Assembly: GCA_012295275.1 (NCBI GenBank)
Contig: CM022676.1
Span: 16,678,001 to 16,742,000, forward strand
Origin: Chrysomallon squamiferum
Lineage: Eukaryota > Animalia > Mollusca
Direction: 5' to 3'
DNA: 64,000 nucleotides
Position numbers and translations under genes: made by a program. Of this stretch, positions 39,740-55,702 are shown piece by piece. How positions within the stretch are numbered: the first letter of the stretch is position 1; each line of letters starts with the position of its first letter. The notes under the pieces were generated by a model. It did no database searches. It was given only the letters and a program-made list of their open reading frames with translations, and was not told where the DNA came from.

Positions 39740-40560
39740 TATATATAAACGACGGAGTGTGGCAACAGAAACCATGTTTTAGACTCAGAATAACTTTCAT
39801 TATCCATCAATATTATTATTATTATTATTATTATTAAGATTATTATTATTATTATAATAGTTGTTTTCCTGTTGTTGTTGTTTTTATCATTGTTATTGTT
39901 ACTGAACAGTTACTATTATTTATCTTCTAACGAATTTTGATAAACGTATGTGATGTGGTATTTTCCTATTTATTTCTTCACTTATGCGCATTGATTACGA
40001 ATTGTTCAGATCGTCGTAAATAACAGCCGGAGATACTTGTGTGTGTGTTTCGTGTATCAGTGACACAGCATTTTTATCTGACCTACATAAAAATCCGCTC
40101 ATTTGTTTCCTTTAATTTTACGCTCGTCATGTGAATATCGTCCGAGCACTACAGCACGTGTATGACAACATTTGAAAAACGAAACCAAAATTTTAAAATT
40201 ATTTTTACACATGCCGTAAGATTCTGAAACATTAAATAAGAGAAACGTATCTATATATAGAATCAGCATCAAACCTTTAAGTACTCAACAGACTCTTTCT
40301 CCGTACAATGTAATAAAACACTTAAAACACAACTTTTGTTCACTTATTAAGTAAACTTCAAAAATGTTTACACAACAACACACCTGTGTTGTTTAGCAGG
40401 AAAAAATAGTTCACACATTTTAATATGTCTATTGTCTGTCTGTTTGTATCTTTATGAACTGTCAAACAGTTACGTCTAGAATAATCCTACAATGTGCACA
40501 GCGGGATTCAGTTAGCTTGTCCGTTACACAATTAAACTGCGTCAGTCAACATGTTATGTT
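39740..40560 (+). repeat. Non-coding block repeated at about 45190-45540 and 47160-47900
   Basis: Shared cactta.gcgca, ttcaga.c..cgtaaataa...ccgg and ataatcc.acaatgtgc.cag segments. Confidence 0.7.
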
Positions 40561-41539
40561 TATAAAGGAGGAATTTTAATGCAAATTACACATATTTAGC
40601 GAACTAATCAGGTCCGAATCAAAAGTTTTAATTTCTCAGGAACGGTAGACGGCACCCGGACTTGCCTCTAGGTAGACTTGTGTTTACGGTTGTTAAAATA
40701 AAGTGCAATAAGCAATGGACGTAATTATTAACATGACTTTAGAGAGAAAATATTAAAACTTTCATTTTATCGTAAAAAAATGTAATAAAAATAAAATGAA
40801 AAAATAAAAAAGTGTTCGCAGTAGTGTCTGTGTGCGGATAGATATCAAATCCTACTCGCAGAAAGTCAACACATTTTTACTTAAACTGACGCAGTGACTG
40901 AGAGAAAATACAAGTGAAACAAGATGACAATCATAACGAATGACCCCATAACGACAGTAGAGAGAAATGTGCAAATATATCCGATTTTTGTAGTCCTTGA
41001 ATAATATATTTACTTAGGTAGTGTAATTAATTCGCCATGTTAATTTATGTTTGTGGGTCGTATGTATCGTAAAGCAGATTTTGTGTGAACGATCGTTATA
41101 AATTGACAAATTATGAAAACAAAAGGTTTACGTTTAAAGAGTATTATCGTATTCATTAATTTTATCACTTTATAATTTATTATTTTTTTTTTATAAATAG
41201 CTTATTACTGGCCCTATAACAACACTTCTTGATTCACAAGCGTGATTTCCGATGATGCGTGTTTGTTGTTTCCTTCGTTCAGAACGTTTGACATTAGGTG
41301 GAAATACTGCAGAGAAAAGTTGAGATTTCTAATCGGGCTAAAGAGACGATTCTGCGGTATTAACGTATTATTGTTCACCTGATCTGATGTGTGCAGGCAA
41401 AAACACGCCAAAACAACACCAAATACAAAATGACAGATTAGGTATATTTTCTTACATCACAAATTTAATAATTTAATTTCATAGTTACTATAAACATTTC
41501 TGCGGACATTACTAACATTCACACATGCATGCATCTACA

Positions 41540-43722
41540 TATACGTACATAGATACATACTTAACAGATACTAATATACTTACTTTAATTCATACATATA
41601 TACAAACATAAGCTACTTTCACATATTAAAACATACTTATTTAATCCCTGATTTTAAAAGAAGATGCTGTACAATATAAAATAGAAAAAAAATAAAAATA
41701 AAAGTTGTTTTGTTAAATTGAACTGATGTTGAATTTTAAGTATTCATTGTGTTTGAAAATGTGTTAGTGTTTCAGTTCGAGGTCATGTGCTGTTTCATCG
41801 GTGATTAAAAAATCGGCTTCACCAGATCAACTTCTTTTTTTTTTTCATTTACAGTTGAAACTCTGTACACTTTCCGATTCAATCAAATCACAGCTGAGTC
41901 ACTGATAAGTTTCACTTTCGATCGAATCGTTTCCTTCCTGTGGCTACTGATTACATTTCAACTGCTTATCAGTCAAGAAATATTTTAAAGCATATAAAAA
42001 AGAAAATATAATATTAGTGTATTATTCTTAGTTAAAATGCTTTATACTGTGTGTTAATTCAAGCACCAGTAAAGCCAAACTTAAATCTGAGAGAACTAAA
42101 TAATAATTGTTAATTATTCAATTATAAAATTTATCTGATCCTGTTGATCATAATAATTGTGAGATACGTACAGTATTTGCTAAAAGTTAAAGAAGCAATA
42201 GTTATTTCTAAAAAATAAATCTCTTTATCACTAAATTCTGTTCTGATTACTAATTCGTTAAATAAAATATTGAGAACAAATGTACGTTTTTGAAGAAGAG
42301 AACTTCGTTGTAAATAGGTATCAACTTGTGGAAGAAATTAAATATTTTTGAAAACTGGAATAAACACATCGGTCTGTATTATTCTTTCAGTAAATATATG
42401 CTTAACCACTGGTGCATCAGTACATATTTAAACCTTTCAGTACATCATCATCATCGCCATCATAATCATCATCATCATTGTAATTATGATATTTCTGTAT
42501 ATAGTGTTTTCTTTCTCACGAAACTGCACTATTCTAACTCACTGATCGTCTATAAATATTATTAGAAAATACACTGCATTACTTCAAACAAAACAAGTAT
42601 TATTAGAAATTATAGAAGATAAATCTGAACAAAACAAGTACAATTAGAAAATATAGAGGATGACTTTAAACAAAAACGTATGATTAGGATACATACAGGA
42701 TAACTTTGGAGAAATATATATTGTTAGAAAATAACAAGGATAAGTTTAAACAAAGACAAATTACTAGCAAATGAACAGTGAAACTTTAAACAAAAACATA
42801 TTATTAGAAAATATACAGGGCAATTTTAAACAAAACTGTATTATTAGAATACAGAGTGAAACTTTATACAAAAACATATCATTAGGAGTATATACAGGAT
42901 CACTTTAAACTAAAAGGTAAAATACATGTGATAAATATATTGTTGGAAAATAAAAAGGAAAACGTTAAACAGGATAACTTTAAACAAGAATATACTATTA
43001 AAGAACACACTGGGTAACTTTTAACAAAAACTTATTATTAGACGTGTACAGTGAAACTTTATACTGAAAAGTATTATTAGGAATATATACATGTTAACTT
43101 TAAAAAAAATAGTATTATCAGAATAGGCTAACGTTAAACAGAAACGTTTTATTAGAAACATAGGGTGAAACATTATTACTAAATATATAGGATAACTTTA
43201 AACAAAAACGTATAGATAGAAAATATATAGGATGAATTATAACCGAACCGCATTATTAGAAAATAAATAAATATCCATTGTTGTATGTCTTTGTGTTTAT
43301 ATATAATACGTATAGGTGTACGCACAAAACAATTAAATGAAATTGATAATTGTGATTACTTGTTTTCTTTTTTTTTTTTTTTTTTTTTTTTTTCTCTGCT
43401 CATTTGGTGACCACTTCTTCTGTCACTGTTAAATGCTTCTTTTCTTTTTCCCGTCACAGTGTCGTCTGTATCAGGCGAATCCAGTCTGGAGATACTGTCT
43501 GATTCCTCCTGGATATAATCCATGTCTGTGTCCGTTACTCGATAATCCAGTTATAATGTAATTTTCGAATGATCCGTCAATTTCTTTCCTCCTCGATAAT
43601 AGATGCAAGTTTTTTTGCCTAATGCAATTCTTGGGTTTAGTTCCTATGGGATAAGTCCTGAATTTATTTTCTCCTTGATAATCGCTGTGAAATTTTGTTC
43701 TAGGATAATCCTTTGTTTCAAT
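41540..43722 (+). repeat. Collapsed duplicate of window 1-18230 with large internal deletion(s)
   Basis: 41540-42555 resembles 1-945; 42556-43260 is the 40-bp minisatellite; 43278-43722 resembles 17800-18232. Confidence 0.8.
42556..43262. repeat. Second array of the 40-bp minisatellite
   Basis: tattattagaaaatatacagg..aactttaaacaaaaac units, as at 15.8-17.5 kb. Confidence 0.9.
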
Positions 43723-46585
43723 TAACGGACACTGAACTCACCTTTGTGGTCATTAGGCATAGGATCAGAGTCATGATCACTGAAATCTTTGAACTTACGT
43801 TTTACTTTCTTACCACGTCATCTTGAAATGACATCACACTATAAAAGTTGCAGCATCTATAGACTTTTGAGTTCAGTAGCAAAATAAACGTAATAGAGAC
43901 GTGCTCACAACAAACTTTCCATTTTTACGCTTTTTAGTGATTTAATATAAACACATGTCAGGAAATTATACTATTGTTGGATGCAGCTTATGTTATTGTA
44001 TTTCATTGTTATATTACGGCTAAAATATAATGTGGCGAAGTTAAAATTGTATTCTTACTTTACTTGGGGAATTTGACCTGGAATGAAACTCTGTCATATT
44101 TTATTACATTCTTTGTTGCTTACTCTTGAGATTATCATGTCTACTCCTCTAACTTCACCTTCCCTACTGGTTTATGTAAATGCACATTAAATTACACAGC
44201 CGTAGAACAAGACAAAAAAATGTCATATACAACCAAACAAATATGATGTGATACCGAAGAACTGTGATTTAGAAGATAAATCACGAGCAAAAGATTTTGG
44301 TCAACAAGAAAACTTAACCCAGCAATAGTAGTGTAGAACCTCATTTTGCTCTTGAACTTATTATTATTACTTTTGTAGTGTTCGTAATTGATGTTTGTGA
44401 CATACATGTGTATATATATATATATATTGAGAATCTGCTGGATGATATGGTCTAACGCTTTAGCAATTTGTGTTAGGATACTAAATCCATGATGGCCGCC
44501 GTATAATCTATATTCCTCATAATCTGATAGAACAGTACGATATGATGAAAAATCGTTTTTATTTGTTTTGGAAATCGTAATTAGCTACACCATATGGTGA
44601 ATTCCCTGTGAAAAAGATATATAAAATCAAACTTTGAGAAGGTGCAATAACTACTTTGGCTCTTTCGTCCCGCGTTTTTTTCTTTTTTCTTTTTTGGTGC
44701 GAATATGAACCGGCAAGAAGGAAATCTGTTTCTGGAAAAAATAGGACTTTTCGAGACAGAACGTGGCTGCAGAACCCGTGATTACCTTCGATCTAAACAG
44801 AAGACTGGAGAATCGCTGAAACTTTTCTCATAAGTAATAAGGGTTTGGCTCTGAGATTTAGTAATATATTATGATCATTTCGCTGTCAATTTTCTCATTA
44901 AACAGGTTTCAACTAAATGATTCTGTATTTTAATAGGTTTCGTAACAATTTCGTTTGGTTATTTTTTTATTTTTTTTACTATAAATGTATTTCGGAGGTA
45001 ATATATCTCTTTCTTCTGTTTGTTACTGTGCTATTTATTTAACGGTTGAAGGTGGCATTATCAGTGATAGTATTAGTTGTTAGAATATCGTTTTATTTAT
45101 TTTTCTTTTCTTCAATTATTATTATTATTATTATTTTATTTTCTAATTTTGGTTCAGTGTGCGCTTTTCTATGATAGTGTTTAAGTTGTATATATATATA
45201 AAGTTTGACATGTGGAAGTAACTAAACTATGCTTTAGATTCTGAATGATTGACATTTTCTATTATTATTGTTAGTAGTAGCAGTAGCAGCAGTAGTAGTA
45301 GTATCAGCGTTATTATTTTTGCTATCATCCTCTTTATTACACCTATTGTTACTGAAGAGTTACTGTAATGTACGTTCTGACAATATAGACAAATGCAAAC
45401 CATATTTTGCCTATGTCTACACTTATGCGCAGACAGTGCATTAACAATGAACTATTCAGAGCGTCGTAAATAAAATCCGGTAATACCTTTCTTGTCTCGT
45501 CATACACTATTTTTAGTCTGATCTATATAACAAACTAACACACTCTTGCTAAACTGGTTACGCGAGTGTGATTTGAGCATTGTGTATTAGGAGGTTAGAT
45601 TAGTTTCAGTCGAATGACTATTTTTTATGGCTTACGTAACAATTTAGTTTGGTTTATTTTGCCGTGTGTAATTACAATTGTATTTCGGAAAAAAAACAAA
45701 AACAAAAAAACAACTGATAATCGAATAGACTTTTACGTTTTTCCTGTCTTATATTTGTAATGGATAAAACTAGGTCATATATATTACTGTTGTTGTTGTT
45801 GTTATCGTTGTCGTTGTTACTTTTGGTAGGTTTTCCAAGTAATTTATTATTATTATTTTTTTTAAATGTGGTGGTATAACGTTTGTGATATGTTATATTT
45901 TGTTGTTTCTCGCTAAAGTGGAAAAATACTTTCCATTAATTGTGAGTTATCCGCTGCAACAGCATTTATTTGATATACTGCTTCTTGATGTCCAGCAGAG
46001 CGGAATGTTTGACTGATTCAGAAAAGATTCGAAAAACCAGTTCGTAATAAACTGTTGGCAAACATCGAGCAGACCTACTTTGGCGTGTGATTTACAATTG
46101 AAAGGAAATGTCAGTTTATAGCACAGACGTGAAGTTATACTTTTAGAGTATGATACAAATGTAAGAACGTTTTCTTCCAGGCTACTTCGTCATTAAGAAA
46201 TATGTAATAAAACACCAAGAATAAAAAAACACAATAATACAAATAATTGCGTAAAATGTGTAGGTAGCTCGCAGATCACACACCGAAGTTTTTCCCCTTT
46301 TACACTCCATTCCTCGATAAAATTATTCCTTGCACTTATAAATTACAATATATAATAAAAAAAACAACAACCAAAAAACAAGAATAAAATAAATAATAAT
46401 TAAAATAAGGAAGCAGCTTTTGCTGGTTGAAGAATAATCCCGTAGATTACACATCAAAGATTTTCTAGCGTTTCTAGCAGATGTTGGCTGAAAACATAGA
46501 TAAACTTATTAACGTTTTGAGCTCAGTTAATCGATACATTATAAATATATAACAAACCAAGAATAAATAAACAAACAAATAAATA

Positions 46586-46637
<52 letters not shown>

Positions 46638-46693
46638 TGGATAATAACAACTTAAAAAAAACGTGAATAATTTGTTTCGGTTTATAAGACTAG

Positions 46694-46750
<57 letters not shown>

Positions 46751-48869
46751 TGATTTTCACGGTCAACGAAGGGAAACCTGATTTGCTATTTAATTTTCTG
46801 AAATACTCTCCACCTTTGCCTCTTTTCATGATTTCAATTTCCTATGAATATAATTCTTTGAATTTTAATGCCAAATGCATTTTACTGGTGTTCAGGGCTG
46901 TCTAATAATCACGGAAGAAGAAGAAGAAGAAGAAGAAGAAGAAGAAGAGGAAGATCAAGATAACATTCAACGATAATGTTTATGATTTAAACTTGCTATG
47001 AATTTAATTCACGAAATTTGAATATGTAATGTATTTCACTGGTTTGTCGATAAACGATGTTCGGTCCTGTCTATTAATAACTGAAGAAGATGAAGAAAAC
47101 AACGCTAAAATAATTAGATTTATCTGATTGCATTTATTATTTTTTCTTCATTTTTGTTATAGTGTATTGTTGTTGTCGTTGTCTTTCTCGTTATTATTAT
47201 TATTCAACAGTTGCTATAATTTATCTTGAATGTTGATAAACGTAAATGTTTTATATTTTCCTATTTATTTCTCCACTTAAGCGCAGATATTGTATTAACA
47301 AAACATGTTTCAGATCACAGTTAATAAGATCCGGGTATACATCTGTGTATTTCGTGCAGCAGTCACAGACTATTTTTATTTGACATAAATAAGCAGCAAA
47401 TATGTACTTGCTATATTGGTTATGCGGGTATCGTTTCAGCATCATTACAAATCAGAAAAACGAAAATAACGTTATGAAATCATCTCTACGTAAACTGTAA
47501 CGTTCTGTACATGAAAAAGACAAAAAATAATAAATAAATAAATAAATAATAAAAAGTAAAACAAAGACAAATAACATTAACCTAAAACAGTCCTATGTAT
47601 ATAGAGAATCATCGAAACCGGAATGTACGAAACGGACTATTTTCCTCCGAGAAATATCATAAAACTTCTCTCCAGTCAGTGTTTCACAAGTATAAACCAT
47701 TATTATTCGTTTAGCTTGGACGAACAGTCGCTACATTTTAACATAATTAATGTCTGTGAGTCAACCCTATTATTAAGTGTGAATCAAATCTAATCATTAA
47801 CTTTTGTCTGTTTGTTCGTTGATGGATTGCAAAATAGTTGTATATATAATCCGACAATGTGCGCAGTTGGTTTAAGTTAGCTATCCGATTACAAAATACC
47901 TGTATTATATGTTTACGCTGCGAGAAATAATTGATACAATTTTATATGTTTTGTTGTTTTTTTCACGTCTGTGTGACTTATTAGTGCCTCTTTGCCAGAC
48001 TTATTTTTAGGTGTAATTTTGTTTTCTGTGTAGTGAATTATATCTAATATTCACAAAACACTTCTTTTATATTCCCATTTAAAGTAGAATGTCTGATACA
48101 TTTTATATTATGTAAGGTATGATATTACAGTAACATTTATTGAGGTATAGTGTATATTAGGTTTATAAACTCATTTTCTAACGGTTCTTCAATGTTTAGC
48201 TGATTAGTGTCAGAAAATGGGGGCAACTACGCATCATAATGATTAAGATTATGATGATGATGATTATTATTATTAGTAGTAGTAGTATTATCGTCACGAT
48301 GATTACCATTATTATATCATAGTATTTATTGATTATCGTACCACAGTATCTTTGAAAGCAGTGCTCCACTAGCAGCTTCTGACAGTTATTACATTTTCTG
48401 ACTTTAAATTTATTATTATTATTATTTTCGATCAGACCATTGTCGCAAAACGCCTGTATATCAGAACTTATTATTTATTTGATAATTTCATTTATTAATC
48501 CCAAAATAAAGTTGTATTATCTCATACTATTGACCATAGCGATTGTAAAAGAAGGAGAGTACTACTTAACTGTTAAAAAGTCATATGTCTGTGCACGGGT
48601 GTATCTGTATATAATTTCAGATTTTCAGTACATTAATATGAGAAGTATTGGTTGCCGATATTTATGGCAACACTAGAGATAGAGCGACATCTTTAACTTA
48701 CCCAACTTTACGTTTATTACCGAGTATCTGTTACATAATTTTCTTTACACGGGAAATATCATATGTGAGTAAGTACATGTTTGTTCGTTATTTTTTTTCC
48801 TGTTGGTTTTTATTAAATAAAACTAACTATTGTTAGTTACAGATCATATATAAAATGTTATTATTTCAG

Positions 48870-52363
<3,494 letters not shown>

Positions 52364-52694
52364 GTAAGTAGAGAAATAAAAATTAGTAAAATTAATGGTA
52401 ACAAGACATTTAATGAACAGACTGAGAGTCACCAACCTAGAAGATGTAATAAATTTAAAAAAAAAAAAAAAAAAATCTTAAGGATTATGTTAATCATACT
52501 GTTGTGTCTCTTATTTTAATTGATGCGTTTTCCATGTGTGATGAGGTTAGGTTTCATATCAGAATTAGAAAATATGAAGGATTTGATTATTGTGTATATT
52601 TTGTTTTACTGAGATATGTGCATACAAATGGTAATAGTGTAGGTCCTTGAATTCTTAAAACAGTGATAAACCATATTATTATTATTATTATTAT

Positions 52695-52728
<34 letters not shown>

Positions 52729-52930
52729 TGAAGTAGTATATTTTGTATTATTATTTTCCCCCATATATCAGTGGTATTTATTTAATATTAATACTAAAAT
52801 ATGTCCATATCGTTTGTATCGTTTGAGTACCATTCTACGCACATTGATATAGATAGAAAACGAAAAGAGCTGTATAAAATTACATCACCAAGTAAGATAA
52901 AAAAAAGCTGCAACATAATTAACATTAATC

Positions 52931-53130
52931 NNNNNNNNNNNNNNNNNNNNNNNNNNNNNNNNNNNNNNNNNNNNNNNNNNNNNNNNNNNNNNNNNNNNNN
53001 NNNNNNNNNNNNNNNNNNNNNNNNNNNNNNNNNNNNNNNNNNNNNNNNNNNNNNNNNNNNNNNNNNNNNNNNNNNNNNNNNNNNNNNNNNNNNNNNNNNN
53101 NNNNNNNNNNNNNNNNNNNNNNNNNNNNNN
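52931..53130. other. Assembly gap (200 N)
   Basis: Run of N. Confidence 1.
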
Positions 53131-54709
53131 GCATATTATTATATATTACTTTAATTTTATTTACAAATTTGTCTTCTTGTTATGCTAGATCACGTGTTTA
53201 ACAACCTACAATTTACTTACAGATAATTTTAAAATGCTGTTCCCCTCTCCCCCTACCTCCGAATACTTCAGTATACTGGTCTTAGTTGTTTGACTATTAA
53301 ATATATTGTAAAGTGTCTGTTTGTTTGTTATGTAGGGTAGATACAAATCTTGTGTCACTGATACAGGAGACACACTAAGGTATACTGGGTGTTATTTACG
53401 AGGATCAAACCTTAAACAGGATCTACTGTTTCAATAGGTTAGAGCAAGACAGATTATTCTAAGTTACTGTCATACGTATAAACTACTTTGTGTGTATGAG
53501 TGTGTCTGCAAATTTCTGTTTATGTTTGCCTGCATATATTTGTCTTCGTGTGTATATGTGTATATGTCTGTATGTGTAAACTGATTTCTTGACTTACAGA
53601 TTTTTACAAAAAGAATGTTGAAACACAAATCCCGTAATCACATGATACCTCCATTGTTTCTGTCAGAAGCTATCAAGCTGTAACATGAGATTTACCACTG
53701 ATAGAATATCAGCTACATAATTGGGATGAAGAATTTCTAGATATATTTTACATCCATTCTTAGTTATCATTATCATTTAGCAAAACCAAAAAAATCCACT
53801 CATAATCACACTACTCATTTAGTATGAGCAAAATATATTTTAATTATATCTTTGACGCAAGAAGGGATAGGATTATCCTAAAAATAAAATTCATTGAGTA
53901 CATAATTGTTAAGACATGTTGATAACATTGATTCACACTGCGCTGTTGTATTGATAAATGGTTGCGTATTGTTGTCACCAATTGTGTTATTCTAATTAAT
54001 ATCTCTAATAATACGATTCTTTGATAGTCGATGAATCAACTATTTTTAAGTGTTTTGTACTAGAGACACTAAAGATATTTATTTCTCAAATTCGGAATTC
54101 GATGAAGAATTTATCCAAATTGGCTGAACCAATACAGATTTTCATAACAGAATATTCTGTAATTGAACATACGAATATGTAAATCGTTGTTCAGAGAATC
54201 GCGCGCGCACACACACACACACACGCGCACTCAAAGAAACAGAAAAAACATACAATCACATTTAGAAACTTTCACATAAATATCTTGGGATATTTTAGCT
54301 TGCCTTTCTGAAGTATATATAATGATAAGCAAGTTTGAACAAATAAATATAGATAGATAAATAGAGAGATAGATAAATAGACAGACAGAAAGACAGAGAG
54401 ACAGTCAGACAGACAGGTAGACATAGATAGATATTCAGACAGACAGACAGGTAGACATAGATAGATATTCAGACAGTCAGACAGACAGACAGGTAGACAT
54501 AGATAGATATTCAGACAGTCAGACAGACAGACAGGTAGACATAGATATATATTCAGGCAGACAGACAGACAGACAGATATATATATACTACAACAAAAAA
54601 GGTTTTCTTCACTGTTCTTTATAATAATACTTTTTTTCTTTATTTCATCAGTGTGATACGTTCCACTTCAGCTACTAGTAACAAACAGGTGAACGATTAC
54701 CAAATAAAC

Positions 54710-54739
54710 TGCGTCAGTCAAAGTGCAATGTATATAAAG
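54710..54739 (+). promoter_or_regulatory. Core promoter copy 2: TGCGTCA plus TATATAAAG
   Basis: TGCGTCA at 54710-54716 and TATA at 54731-54739. Confidence 0.55.
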
Positions 54740-54814
54740 CTAGCAATAAGCATCTGAATTAAAATAGTGGTGTTTGATGCAGACAGACTGATGTAGACAG
54801 TTCTTAATTAAGAA

Positions 54815-54872
54815 ATGTATTTCTTTCCGTACATCTGGAATTATTCATTTGTTACACCTACAGTTATTTCAG
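54815..54872 (+). CDS. Leader exon copy 2, MYFFPYIWNYSFVTPTVIS
   Basis: Same 58-nt structure and gtatgt donor as 38956-39013; substitutions reduce hydrophobicity. Confidence 0.55.
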
Positions 54873-55343
54873 GTATGTCATATTATTGTTTATATATATA
54901 TAGTTATTAAGAGTGAAATACCGAACAATAATACTAATAAAATTACATACACAAAGTAAATTATCGATTAACTCTGAGGTCATCCGACAATCGTAAACTT
55001 TTATATTTGTTTCAAAATAACAAATCGCACAAAAATTCTAAGAATATTTTTCTTTGAATTTATTAACCATTTCATTTCTTTGTATCATTGTTCATTTCAC
55101 ATGGTATGTAAGATGATATTGATATAACGATTTCAAATTTTGAAACATATAAAACATATAAAAACAGTTTGTTATAAAAGACTGGCTGTCTCAGTACCAG
55201 TAGTAAACTATTGCTGCCTGAACTGAACAACAAACTTTCACTTGTTAAAAAATGTATACACAGCACAAACATTGCCCGTCAGTACGTAGACATTTCAAAA
55301 TTAGTTTGAATATAATATCATCCATTTCTCTGATAATATTTCG

Positions 55344-55380
<37 letters not shown>

Positions 55381-55702
55381 CAGGGAGCGGAACAACTGAA
55401 ACCATCTTTTAGACTCAGAATAACTGTTATTATCCAATATTGTATCAATATTGTTGTTATCAAAGAAGCATGCAAACCAAAAAAAAAAAAAAAAAATCTC
55501 TTAAATAAATAAGTAAATAAATAAATGAAATGATAAAATATAATGTATAATGAAATAAAATAAAATGAAATAAATAAACTAATGAGAAGAGGAATTAGGA
55601 ACTTAAATCTTGACCCGTATCGTAATTGGTTAATAATTATGTTAGTGTTTTAGAGATTATAATCAACGCAAGTGCATACACTGACACTGTAACGTAACAC
55701 AG

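Larger units (their letters stand above)
37260..39815 (+). repeat. Segmental duplication, copy 1 (copy 2 at 53131-55450)
   Basis: Colinear similarity from aaatttgtcttcttgttatg to agactcagaataact; copy 2 lacks about 39280-39540. Confidence 0.92.
53131..55450 (+). repeat. Segmental duplication, copy 2 (of 37260-39815)
   Basis: Colinear similarity starting at the gap edge. Confidence 0.92.

Noticed and set aside
44192-44407. Hydrophobic minus-strand ORF as a TM or leader exon
   Set aside because: Several frames look equally hydrophobic because of T-richness, and splice phase does not clearly fit neighbouring exons
52801-53154. ORFs spanning poly-X
   Set aside because: Artefacts of the N gap
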